Source: Lentisphaeraceae bacterium (GTDB lineage Bacteria; Verrucomicrobiota; Kiritimatiellia; RFP12; UBA1067). Taken from it: a stretch of 64,000 nt of DNA. The DNA is taken from the NCBI GenBank assembly GCA_004551905.1, contig SFPL01000092.1, forward strand, positions 1,371 through 65,370. The letters are read 5' to 3'. This document shows, one piece after another, positions 37,910 through 47,262 of the stretch. The position numbers and the translations under genes are program-made. The notes beneath the pieces were generated by a model. The model saw only the letters and a list, made by a program, of their open reading frames with translations, was not told the DNA's origin and did not search any database. Within the stretch, counting starts at the first letter, position 1. Each line of letters starts with the position of its first letter.

Positions 37910-39372
37910 TGAAGCGCCTTCTCGTCTCCGCGGTCGCCGCGGCGTTCGCCGTTTCCCTCTCGGCGGCTCCTAAGACGCCGAAGTGGCTTGTCCTAGACAA
38001 GATGACGTATCAGTCCGGCGTCGACCGCGTGGCCTTCGAGGGCATAGACAAGCTGCTTCTCACCAGGCTAGTGCAGGCCAAGAAGTACAAGTGCCTCGAC
38101 CGCGACATGTACGACACGGCCGCGAGGGAGGAGGGCTTCGGCGGCAAGGCCGACCTCATCCCGGCCGGCTACGCCATGAGCGGCGAAATCGTTCAGCTCC
38201 TCAAGAGCGGCAAGTCGCGCTCGATCGCCGGAACGGCCAAGTCGGAGTACATCGCAACGGTGTCGATCCGCGCGAACGACCTCAGGACGCAGCAGGCATA
38301 CGAGGCGGAGACGCTGCGCGTCGCCGCCTACTGCCAGACGCCGAAGGACATGCTCGTCCACGTCGTCAAGCGAACGGCCCTCGCGATCCTCATGCGCGAC
38401 TACCCAATGTATGTCATGGACGTTGACGAGGACGACGGCGAGCTGACCCTCAGCTACGGAGCCGACTTCCTTGAGCCCGGCGAGCAGTACGAGGTGCGCC
38501 GCCGCAAGGCGATCGTCGACGACGACACTGGCGAGGAGGTCTACAAGGAGAAGACCGTCGGCGTGTGCGAGGTGACCGACGTCGGCAAGAATACTTCTGC
38601 TGCGAAACTCATTTCCGGCAAGGCGAAGCTGAAGGACGTGCTGCGCTTCTACGAGAGTGACGAAGGCGCGGCGCCGCCAGTCCCCGCGGCGTCTGTGCAG
38701 GAAGTGTCGGCGAGGCCATTTCCCCCGGCCAAGAAGCCGCGCATCGCCGTCGCGCCGTTCATCACCAAGTCGAAGACCGTCACGGTCTGGGGCAACTCCC
38801 TTGAGGCCCGCAGCTGGCTTGACACGCTGATAGACCACCTGAGCATCCAGCTCACGAACACTGGGAGTTTTAGAACGCTCGACCGCTCGTTCGGCCCAGA
38901 AATCGACCGTGAGCTTGACCGCATCGTGAACGACCCCAACGCAAACCCCAACGATGTCTGCCGGCTCTCGAAGAAGCTGGCGACCGACTATCTCGTCGTC
39001 GCCGAGGTGATGTTTTCCGACGTCGCCTCGCCCGGCAAGGACTATGTTACGGGACTTCCACTGCCGCCGCCGTCGGCGCAGTTCGCCGAGGTGCGGTTCC
39101 GTTGCGTGCATGCGCCGACCACCGAGATCGTGATCTCCGACATCGTCCGCGTCGATTCGCAAAATTTTTATGGCACCCCGGAGGTGTTCATGTCCGGGTC
39201 GTCGGAGTGGTCTGCCGCGAATGTCGCGGCAATTATCCAGTCGCGGCTCGACCCCACAGGTTTTGCCCGTCGCCAGGCCGAGCTGAAGGCAGCCGCCGAG
39301 GCTGCTGCCGCCGCGGCCGCGCAGCAGCCGGCTCCCGCGCCGAAGCCGCAGGGCGTCAAGCTGGGGTTCTGA
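37909..39372 (+). CDS. Secreted protein with two tandem CsgG/LpoB-like domains
   Basis: Signal peptide. Second half PRIAVAPFITKS...LSIQLTNTGSFRTLDRSF...DYLVVAEV and first half LLTRLVQAKKYKCLDRDM...GYAMSGEI. TGATG overlap with the upstream gene. Confidence 0.5.
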   Translation: MKRLLVSAVAAAFAVSLSAAPKTPKWLVLDKMTYQSGVDRVAFEGIDKLLLTRLVQAKKYKCLDRDMYDTAAREEGFGGKADLIPAGYAMSGEIVQLLKSGKSRSIAGTAKSEYIATVSIRANDLRTQQAYEAETLRVAAYCQTPKDMLVHVVKRTALAILMRDYPMYVMDVDEDDGELTLSYGADFLEPGEQYEVRRRKAIVDDDTGEEVYKEKTVGVCEVTDVGKNTSAAKLISGKAKLKDVLRFYESDEGAAPPVPAASVQEVSARPFPPAKKPRIAVAPFITKSKTVTVWGNSLEARSWLDTLIDHLSIQLTNTGSFRTLDRSFGPEIDRELDRIVNDPNANPNDVCRLSKKLATDYLVVAEVMFSDVASPGKDYVTGLPLPPPSAQFAEVRFRCVHAPTTEIVISDIVRVDSQNFYGTPEVFMSGSSEWSAANVAAIIQSRLDPTGFARRQAELKAAAEAAAAAAAQQPAPAPKPQGVKLGF

Positions 39373-39373
39373 G

Positions 39374-40840
39374 ATGAGATCCGCCGCCTGCTCGGTTCGC
39401 GTGTCTGTCTTCGCTGCGATTGCCGCGGCGTCGCTTTCGCTTGTCGGCTGTCGCACGGTGGACGACGTCATCGTCGACTACCGCGCGAACATCTCCGCCG
39501 GACGCTACGCCGAAGCCGCCAGAGAGCCGGCCGAACTTGCCGCGGAGGGAGGCGGCGACGCGCTCATGTGGCGGCTCATGTCCGCCTCGGCCTACGACCT
39601 CGCGGGCGACACCGACGCCGCGATCGCGGCGTACGATCTCGCCGAGGACCGGATGATCGAGAACGACCACACCTCGGTCTTCTCGCAGACCGCCGACGCC
39701 GCCTACGCAATGATGCTCAACGACAAGTTCTTTCCCTACGACGGCGGCGGGCAAGACCGCATCTTCACCTGTCTTTACAAGGCGGTCGGCTACGGCTCCA
39801 GGAACGACTTCGCCGCCGCCCGCACGGAACTCAACCGCGCGGCGCAGCACCAGGAGAACTGGCTCTGGGAGCGTCGCAAGGACCTCGCCGCCGCCGAGAA
39901 GCGGCTCGATCAGGAGTCCGCCCAGTACGCCCGTGACAAGGGGGAAGGGCAAAACGTGGACGTCGGACAGGGCCCTGTGGCGGTGCAGAATGCGATGAAG
40001 GACGGCTCCTTCCGCACAACCGTCAAGGAGGCATTCGGATTCGACATCTTCACCTCCGGCGTGCTCGACCAGTTGAAGCCTGCAGACTACCAGAATCCGT
40101 ATGTCGCCCACGTATGCGGAGTCTTCCGCTGGCTGAGCGGCGACGACGGCCGAGGATTCCTCAAGGACGCCGCCGCGCTTCGTCCCGCCAACGGCTTTGC
40201 CCGCGGCGACCTCGACGCATGCGACGCCGGGGTGAAGCCACAGGACTGGGTGTGGGTCTATGTCGAAGACGGACTCTGCCCAGAGCGAGAGCAGTGGCGC
40301 ATCGACCTGCCGCTACTGCTTATTCCCTACGCCGGCAGATACGTGAAATACGCCGGCCTCTGCCTTCCGAGGCTCCTTGAGCGTCCGTACGCGGCGGCGT
40401 CATGGTCGATAGGCGGCGTGCCGATGGAGGTGATCGCCGATGTCGACGCGCTTGCCAAGATCGAGTACGACGTCTACATGCGCGGGGCGATTGCGCGTGA
40501 GATCACACGCACGGTCATCGACGTCGGCCTCCAGGTCGCCCTCGGTGTCACCGCCGAGCATACCAGCGACAGCACCACTCGTATCGCGCTAATGGCCTCG
40601 CAGTATTCCGTCGCCGCCTACAGCGCTCTCCGCCGCGGTGCCGACATCCGCTGCTGGACGTCCCTGCCGAAGAGCGTCTACCTCCTGCGTATGCAGCGTC
40701 CTGCCGACGGCATCCTCAGCGTCAACGCCGACGGAGTGGACGTCGTCCACACCGAGCTGCCGCCCGGCAACTCGATGGTATTCGTCCGCAAGCCGTCCGC
40801 CGCTGCGGTTCCGTCGGTCAAGGTCATAACCTGGCCGTAG
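39374..40840 (+). CDS. Large lipoprotein (helical/TPR-like N-terminal part; possibly COG3014-type)
   Basis: Lipobox LSLVGC. 488 aa. Starts 1 nt after the upstream stop. Confidence 0.45.
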   Translation: MRSAACSVRVSVFAAIAAASLSLVGCRTVDDVIVDYRANISAGRYAEAAREPAELAAEGGGDALMWRLMSASAYDLAGDTDAAIAAYDLAEDRMIENDHTSVFSQTADAAYAMMLNDKFFPYDGGGQDRIFTCLYKAVGYGSRNDFAAARTELNRAAQHQENWLWERRKDLAAAEKRLDQESAQYARDKGEGQNVDVGQGPVAVQNAMKDGSFRTTVKEAFGFDIFTSGVLDQLKPADYQNPYVAHVCGVFRWLSGDDGRGFLKDAAALRPANGFARGDLDACDAGVKPQDWVWVYVEDGLCPEREQWRIDLPLLLIPYAGRYVKYAGLCLPRLLERPYAAASWSIGGVPMEVIADVDALAKIEYDVYMRGAIAREITRTVIDVGLQVALGVTAEHTSDSTTRIALMASQYSVAAYSALRRGADIRCWTSLPKSVYLLRMQRPADGILSVNADGVDVVHTELPPGNSMVFVRKPSAAAVPSVKVITWP

Positions 40841-40893
40841 CCTTGACGCACAGTCCAAGGTAACCTCTAGCCGTAAATCACGAACCTTGCCGG

Positions 40894-40922
40894 TTGATTT
40901 GCGGCGGCAAATAGTGTATAAT
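40894..40922 (+). promoter_or_regulatory. Sigma70-type promoter of guaB (-35 TTGATT, 17-nt spacer, -10 TATAAT)
   Basis: Read directly. The 39-nt leader contains a GGGCGC-GGA-GCGCCC hairpin abutting the SD. Confidence 0.6.
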
Positions 40923-40961
40923 CCACTTCTAAAAAGGGCGCGGAGCGCCCGGAGGAGTGGT

Positions 40962-42458
40962 ATGAACAGACATATGGACGCTTTCATGAAGACGTTTCCC
41001 CACGAGGGGCTGACGTACGACGATGTTACGCTCGTCACGCAGTATGCGGATTTCCTGCCTGACGAGACCTCGCTCGAGACCAAGTTGACCTCGCGCACGA
41101 AGATGAAGACGCCATTCATCTCCGCCGCGATGGACACCGTCACCGAGGCGCCGATGGCGATCGCGATGGCGCTGTCCGGCGGCATCGGCTGCATCCACAA
41201 GAACCTGGAGGAGGACGACCAGGCGGCGCAGGTGGCTAAGGTGAAGAACCACCTCAACGGGCTCATCGCCAAGCCGATCTGCTTCCACGCCGACGACGAC
41301 ATCTCCTTCCTGCGCGCGGAGAAGCGCCGCATGGGGCTGAAGTTCAACGGCTTCCCGGTGCTGGACTCGGACGACAAGCTCGTCGGCATGATCACCTCGT
41401 CCGACATGCGCTTCGCGCCGATGAACGCGATGACGCTCAAGGACGTGATGCAGCCCTGCCCGATCACCGGCACCCGTTCCACCACGCTGAAGAAGGCGTA
41501 TGAGCTCATGCGCAAGGCGAAGATCGGCAAGCTGCCGCTCGTCGACCGCAACGGCCGCGTCATCGGCCTATACAGCTTCACCGACGTCGCGCGCATCATC
41601 GAGAACTCCAACGCCGGCTACAACTGCGACGAGCGCTTCCGCCTGCGCGTCGCGGCGTCCGTCTCCGGCGGCCGCGGCGACCTGAGGCGGATGGAGAAGC
41701 TTGCCGCCGCCGGCGTCGACTGCGTCGTCGTCGACTCCGCCCACGGCCACTCCAAGGGCATCATGGAGATGACGAAGTACATCGCAAAGACCTATCCGCA
41801 GATCGATGTCATCGCCGGCAACATCGCGACCAGCGAGGCCGCCGCGGCGCTCGCGAAGTGCGGCGCCCATGCGGTCAAGGTGGGCATCGGCCCCGGCTCG
41901 ATCTGCACTACCCGCGTCGTCTGCGGCGTCGGCATCCCCCAGCTCACGGCGGTCTACAACGCGGCTAAGGCACTGCGCGGGACCGGCGTCGCCGTCATCG
42001 CCGACGGCGGCATCAAGCTCTCCGGCGACGTCCCCAAGGCGATCGCCGCCGGCGCCGACACGGTGATGCTCGGCTCGGTGCTCGCTGGGACCGAGGAAAG
42101 CCCGGGCGAGAAGATCTACGCGAACGGCCGCCAGTACGTCGTCTACCGCGGCATGGGCTCGATGGCCGCACTCAAGAACGGCAAGGGCTCGCGGGCGCGC
42201 TACTTCCAGGACTCGGAGGCGGAGGAGGACCTGGTGCCGCAGGGCATCGAGGGAATGGTGCCATACTCCGGCAAGGTGAAGTCGATCATGACCCAGTTCT
42301 GCGGCGGCCTCAGGGCATCGCTCGGCTACTGCGGAGCGAGGACGATCGCCGAGCTGAAGGAGAAGGGCATGTTCTACCGCGTCACCGCCGCTGGGCAGCG
42401 CGAGGCGCGTCCGCACGACATCACCATCACCAAGGAAGCCCCGAACTACCGTGCGTGA
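40962..42458 (+). CDS. guaB: IMP dehydrogenase
   Basis: [13 protein letters not shown] pair and [11 protein letters not shown] catalytic loop. ggaggag SD 5 nt upstream of ATG 40962. Confidence 0.9.
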   Translation: MNRHMDAFMKTFPHEGLTYDDVTLVTQYADFLPDETSLETKLTSRTKMKTPFISAAMDTVTEAPMAIAMALSGGIGCIHKNLEEDDQAAQVAKVKNHLNGLIAKPICFHADDDISFLRAEKRRMGLKFNGFPVLDSDDKLVGMITSSDMRFAPMNAMTLKDVMQPCPITGTRSTTLKKAYELMRKAKIGKLPLVDRNGRVIGLYSFTDVARIIENSNAGYNCDERFRLRVAASVSGGRGDLRRMEKLAAAGVDCVVVDSAHGHSKGIMEMTKYIAKTYPQIDVIAGNIATSEAAAALAKCGAHAVKVGIGPGSICTTRVVCGVGIPQLTAVYNAAKALRGTGVAVIADGGIKLSGDVPKAIAAGADTVMLGSVLAGTEESPGEKIYANGRQYVVYRGMGSMAALKNGKGSRARYFQDSEAEEDLVPQGIEGMVPYSGKVKSIMTQFCGGLRASLGYCGARTIAELKEKGMFYRVTAAGQREARPHDITITKEAPNYRA

Positions 42459-42463
42459 GTGGG

Positions 42464-42511
42464 TTTGAAAGGCTGAAAGGTTGAAGAGTTGAAAGGTTGA
42501 AGAGTTTGAGA
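42464..42511. repeat. Six tandem octamers of the same GTTGAARR family
   Basis: tttgaaag gctgaaag gttgaaga gttgaaag gttgaaga gtttgaga, between guaB and lepB. Confidence 0.8.
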
Positions 42512-42525
42512 TTGGCAAGTGTAAG

Positions 42526-43272
42526 GTGAAGAAGACGTTTCAAGACTACGGGAAGGAATGGCTCGACACATTCGTCGTCGCTATCTCCGTGGCGATGGCA
42601 TTCCGCGCCTACTTCTACGAGCCGTTCAAGATTCCGACCGGCTCGATGCAGGAGACGCTCTGGGGCCACCACACCCAGGCCGGTGCGGAGAAGGGGGCAT
42701 GGGACATGTTTCCCCTCTCGGTGCTCAAGTGGGCCGTGACCGGCGAGCGGGTGGTGGACTGGAAGTCCCCGGCCACCGGTACCGTCCGCTGCCAGCCGCG
42801 AGGCGACGGCTTCGCCACCGTCAAGGTCGGCACTTGCGACCAGAGCTGGTCGCTGCCGACCGACGCCTGCCGCGAGCTGAACGGCAAGTTCGTGACCAAA
42901 GGCGAAACGCTCTGGAAGGGGTCGATCACCACCGGTGACTTCATCTTCGTCAACCGCTGGAAGTGGAACTTCTTCCAGCCGAAGGACGGAGACGTGATGA
43001 TCTTCTCCACTACTGGCATCAAGCAGCTTCCGCAGGGCACCCACTACATCAAGCGCATGAAGGCGCGGCCGGGCGAGACCTACGTCCTTGAGCATCCAGT
43101 GGAGGGACGGCCCGACGCGGTGACGATGGGGCCCGACGAGTACTTCGCCTGCGGCGACAACTTCAACAACTCCTTCGACAGCCGCTACTGGGGCACGGTG
43201 CCACGCGCGAATCTGCGCGGCGAAGGGGCGTTCGTATTCTGGCCGCTCACCGGCTGGAGGATCATCCGGTAG
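42526..43272 (+). CDS. lepB: Signal peptidase I
   Basis: GSMQETL (Ser), YIKRMKARPGE (Lys) and GDNFNNSFDSRYWG boxes. GTG start. Confidence 0.85.
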   Translation: MKKTFQDYGKEWLDTFVVAISVAMAFRAYFYEPFKIPTGSMQETLWGHHTQAGAEKGAWDMFPLSVLKWAVTGERVVDWKSPATGTVRCQPRGDGFATVKVGTCDQSWSLPTDACRELNGKFVTKGETLWKGSITTGDFIFVNRWKWNFFQPKDGDVMIFSTTGIKQLPQGTHYIKRMKARPGETYVLEHPVEGRPDAVTMGPDEYFACGDNFNNSFDSRYWGTVPRANLRGEGAFVFWPLTGWRIIR

Positions 43273-43296
43273 CGGACATGCGGAGGTAAGAGAGAC

Positions 43297-46056
43297 ATGA
43301 CCGAGCAACTGATCAGCACCCCTGGCGTCTTCGGCGACAACGGCAACTTTCTCCTCGAGCGCGAGCTCGGCGCGGGCGGAATGGGCGGCGTGTACATGGG
43401 CCGCGACAAGATGCTCGACCGTCCGGTCGCGGTGAAGGTTATGCTCAAGGAACTCGGCGCGGACGCGGAGTTCGTCGAGAAGTTCAAGAAGGAGGCGCAG
43501 TCCGCCGCGAAGCTCATCCATCCCAACATCGCCCAGATCTACTCCTATGGCATCAGCGACGGCATGCCGTACATCGCGATGGAGCTTGCGAGCGGTGGCT
43601 CGCTCTACTCGATCATGAACGCCGCGCCGGGCAAGACCGACGTCCAGCGCATCCTCAAGATCTGCCAGCAGGTCGCGCAGGCTCTCCAGTGCGCGAGCGA
43701 CCAGGGCTTCGTGCACGGCGACGTCAAGCCAGAGAACATCCTCCTGGACGCGAACGGCAACGCCAAGCTCGTGGACTTCGGTCTCGCCGGGATGCAGAAG
43801 GACACCGACGAGATATGGGGCACTCCCTACTACATCGCGCCGGAGAAGGTGCGCAAGGAGCAGGTCGACTTCCGCGCCGACATGTACTCGCTCGGCGGCA
43901 CGCTCTACCACGCGCTTACCGGCGTCGCCCCGTTCGAGGGCTCAGACCTGATGGCGGTCGTCAAGAAGCGCTTCGAGGGCACGCCGAAGAAGCCCAGCGA
44001 GATCCGTCCCGAGATATCTCCCGCAATCGACGCGATGGTGATGAAGATGCTCTCGCTGGACAAGAACAACCGCTACCCCAGCTTCGAGGCACTTCTCGAG
44101 GCGTTCAAGGAGGTGCTAGCGTCAGGCCTTACCCAGAAGATGACCCCCGTCCCCGGCGGTGCGAAGTCGCGCCCAGGCGCGAAGCGGTCGGTGGTTGGAA
44201 CGCGCAGGATGATGCTCCGCAAGCGCCCGGTCTCCACCTCGTCCGCGGGCTCTGGCAACGTCGAGAACGACAAGGACGAGGCAGAAGGCAATGAGGAGGA
44301 GGAGAAGAGCCTCAGCCCGCGGGCGAAGATGCGCCGCCGCCTGCACCGTCCGCAAGTCGAGGAGGAGGAAGAAGAGGAGGGCGGCAACCTCGGGGTCAAG
44401 GTGACCCTCTTTGTCGTGATCGGCCTTCTGCTCCTCGGCGGCATCGGCGGCGGACTCGTCTGGTTCGTCCACCACAACGAGGTGGTGAAGGTGGAGGCCG
44501 CGCGTGCCCAGCGCGCCGACGGCATCGCAAGGGCGCGGGCGGCGATCAAGAACACGCGGGAGAAGACCGAGAATTTCAACGACGATTTCCAGAGCTTCAC
44601 CGCCAAGGCGACCGTCGAGTGCGAGAAGTTCACCGCCGAGCTTGCGAAGAACCTACCCACCTACGCGGACCAGTTCCGTCCGCCGCCGACTAAGAAGCTG
44701 CTGAACGCCATTGCCTCCACCAACATTGTGCCGAAGGTCGCGGCCACCAATGCCGTCGCCGCCGCAGGCACCGCCACCAACAACGTTGACGCCGCAGCCG
44801 CTGCAGCCGCTGCAGCCGCCGCAGAGCCGACCAACTCGCTCGCGGCGAGGGCAAAGAAGTACGGGATCAAGATGCCTCAGACCGATGACCCGGCCGACCC
44901 AGACTACCAGGACTTCCTTGCAGCGCTAAAGCAGGCCGAGTCTGGCGGCGCCCCGGCCGCGAAGGAAGAGGAGGCTTCTGCGGAATCAGAGTCTGCTGAG
45001 GCCGAACCGCCGCCACCACCGCCGGAGAAGACCATCGTCGAGAAGGAGAAGGACAGGCTTTTCGAGGAGTCGCTCCCTGATATCCACGAGATCTGGAACC
45101 GCACCTACGACTGCCAGGCCGGTGCAATCCGCATCGGTTCGATGACCAGGAACGTCCTCGAGGCCTGCGACGAGGCCGGGAAGATCCAGGGCACCGACGA
45201 TCAGCCGTCGCTTGACGCCTTAGCCGAGCTTTCGCGCAAGGTAACCGACCTCCACAACGACCTCGTCGGCTCCAAGGAGGTGGAGGAGGTCCGCAAGGGC
45301 ATTGCCTTCATCAAGTCCAAGGGCAAGAAGACCATTGACAAGGTCACCAAGCGGCTCCGCTCGATCAAGCTGAACGAGGAGCGCCGCCTCGCCAAGATCG
45401 AGGCCGAGATCGCCGAAAGCAACCGCCTCGCCAAAGTGGCCGCCGAGCGCAAGGCGCTTGCCGACGGCGAGTGCCGCGCTATCCGCGAGCGGTTCGAGGC
45501 CATCACCGCGCAGGGCTGCCTGCGCCAGCTCGACTGGGACAGCGCCTACCGCATGCTGAAGGAAGTGTACTCCAACTTCAAGACCCCCGAAGGCGAGATC
45601 GCCGCCAAGTTCGAGGTCAGGAAGGTGGACATGATGAAGTCCGTCCAGGACATCTTCCTCAAGCACATGGTCGGCCACAAGTTCAAGGGGAGGCTGAATG
45701 GTGCCAAGGTCGTAGAGGCCACTCCCAAGGACATCCTCATCGTCAAGGCCGACGGCAAGTCGAAGCAGCGCATCCAATGGCAGAAGTTCTACAAGGAGTT
45801 CCCGGGCAACTTCAACGAACTCATCAACGAGTTCATCGTCAAGGGGCGCCGAAACTCCGGACTCAACCTGCGCGAATGGTCCGACGCCATGCTCGGCGCG
45901 GCGCTCACGATGAAGCTCGTCTGCGCCGAGGTGAACAACGCCACCACCCGCGCGCAGCAGATCGCCCAGGAAGTCATCAAGCAGTACCCGGACTACGAGA
46001 AGGCAGTCAAGGACATGTTCCCTGACTTCACCTTCGAGGTGTCGAGCGAGGAGTAG
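43297..46056 (+). CDS. Ser/Thr protein kinase with TM segment and ~540-aa coiled-coil-rich extracytoplasmic region
   Basis: VAVKV, HGDVKPENILLD, DFGLA and GTPYYIAPE. Acidic linker, TM VTLFVVIGLLLLGGIGGGLVWFV. Confidence 0.85.
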   Translation: MTEQLISTPGVFGDNGNFLLERELGAGGMGGVYMGRDKMLDRPVAVKVMLKELGADAEFVEKFKKEAQSAAKLIHPNIAQIYSYGISDGMPYIAMELASGGSLYSIMNAAPGKTDVQRILKICQQVAQALQCASDQGFVHGDVKPENILLDANGNAKLVDFGLAGMQKDTDEIWGTPYYIAPEKVRKEQVDFRADMYSLGGTLYHALTGVAPFEGSDLMAVVKKRFEGTPKKPSEIRPEISPAIDAMVMKMLSLDKNNRYPSFEALLEAFKEVLASGLTQKMTPVPGGAKSRPGAKRSVVGTRRMMLRKRPVSTSSAGSGNVENDKDEAEGNEEEEKSLSPRAKMRRRLHRPQVEEEEEEEGGNLGVKVTLFVVIGLLLLGGIGGGLVWFVHHNEVVKVEAARAQRADGIARARAAIKNTREKTENFNDDFQSFTAKATVECEKFTAELAKNLPTYADQFRPPPTKKLLNAIASTNIVPKVAATNAVAAAGTATNNVDAAAAAAAAAAAEPTNSLAARAKKYGIKMPQTDDPADPDYQDFLAALKQAESGGAPAAKEEEASAESESAEAEPPPPPPEKTIVEKEKDRLFEESLPDIHEIWNRTYDCQAGAIRIGSMTRNVLEACDEAGKIQGTDDQPSLDALAELSRKVTDLHNDLVGSKEVEEVRKGIAFIKSKGKKTIDKVTKRLRSIKLNEERRLAKIEAEIAESNRLAKVAAERKALADGECRAIRERFEAITAQGCLRQLDWDSAYRMLKEVYSNFKTPEGEIAAKFEVRKVDMMKSVQDIFLKHMVGHKFKGRLNGAKVVEATPKDILIVKADGKSKQRIQWQKFYKEFPGNFNELINEFIVKGRRNSGLNLREWSDAMLGAALTMKLVCAEVNNATTRAQQIAQEVIKQYPDYEKAVKDMFPDFTFEVSSEE

Positions 46057-46059
46057 GCC

Positions 46060-47262
46060 ATGCAGACGACGACGGACGAAATCCGCGATTCGATGGCGTC
46101 GAGCTCCTGGATCCGCAGGATGTTCGAGAAGGGGATTGAGCTCAAGCGCCAGTTCGGCGAGGACGCGGTGTGCGACTTCTCGCTCGGCAACCCCGACGTG
46201 CCGCCGCCCGCGGCCGCCCGCGGCGCACTGGCCGGGATCGCCGACGCCGCGGCAAAGCCGCTCGGGCTCGGCTACTGTCCTAACGCCGGCATCCCCGCAG
46301 TGCGCGAGGCGATGGCAAAGTATCTCTCGCGCCAGCAGCAGGCCGAGGTGAAGGCGTCGAACGTCGTGATGTCGGTCGGTGCTGCAGGCGCAATGGTGAG
46401 CTTCTTCCGCGCTGTCGTCGAGCCCGGCGACGAAATCGTCGTGCCCGCGCCCTACTTCGTCGAGTACGGCGCCTACTGCGGACATTTCGGCGGCAAGCTG
46501 AAGCCGGTTCCGTCGCTGCCGCCGTCCTTCGCGCCGGACATCGCAGCCATCCGCTCCGCCGTCGGCCCCAGGACGCGCGCGATCATTGTCAACTCGCCCA
46601 ACAACCCGACCGGGTGCATCTACTCCGAGGACGACATCCGCGCCATCGCCGCAGTCGTCGACGCCGAGAACGAACGCCGTGGACGCGAAGGCGGAAGGGC
46701 GATGTTCCTCCTCTTCGACGAGCCATACCGCGCCTTCGCCTTCGACGGCGCCGTGGTGCCACCCGCCCTGCCGCTTTCCCGCTGGTGCTGCGTGCTGGGC
46801 AGCTTCTCCAAGACCCTCTCGCTCGCCGGCGAGCGCATCGGCTACATTGCCGTCAATCCGTCCATGCCCGGCGGCGACGACCTCGTCTCTGCGCTTGCGC
46901 TCACCACCCGCACACTCGGCTACGTCAATGCGCCGGTGATCGGCCAGCGTCTCGCCGCCGCGCTGCTCGACGAGACGGTCGACCTCGAGGTCTACAACCG
47001 CCGCCGGCTGAAGATGGCGGAGGTGCTGAAGGGCGCCGGAATCGAGTTCGAGCTCCCGAAGGGGGCTTTCTACTTCTTCGCTAAGTCGCCGGTGGATGAC
47101 GACCTCAAGTTCGTCCACGCGCTGCTGGAGGAGAAGATCCTCGTCGTCACCGGCAAGGGCTTCGGCTTCCCCGGCTATGTCCGCCTCAGCTGCTGCGTCG
47201 ACGAGAAGATCATCGCTCGTAGCGCTGTAGGATTCAAGCGGGCTATGGAGAAGTTCAGATGA
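46060..47262 (+). CDS. Class I/II PLP-dependent aminotransferase
   Basis: NPNNPTG-like SPNNPTG and SFSKTLSLAGERIGY (PLP lysine). Confidence 0.85.
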   Translation: MQTTTDEIRDSMASSSWIRRMFEKGIELKRQFGEDAVCDFSLGNPDVPPPAAARGALAGIADAAAKPLGLGYCPNAGIPAVREAMAKYLSRQQQAEVKASNVVMSVGAAGAMVSFFRAVVEPGDEIVVPAPYFVEYGAYCGHFGGKLKPVPSLPPSFAPDIAAIRSAVGPRTRAIIVNSPNNPTGCIYSEDDIRAIAAVVDAENERRGREGGRAMFLLFDEPYRAFAFDGAVVPPALPLSRWCCVLGSFSKTLSLAGERIGYIAVNPSMPGGDDLVSALALTTRTLGYVNAPVIGQRLAAALLDETVDLEVYNRRRLKMAEVLKGAGIEFELPKGAFYFFAKSPVDDDLKFVHALLEEKILVVTGKGFGFPGYVRLSCCVDEKIIARSAVGFKRAMEKFR

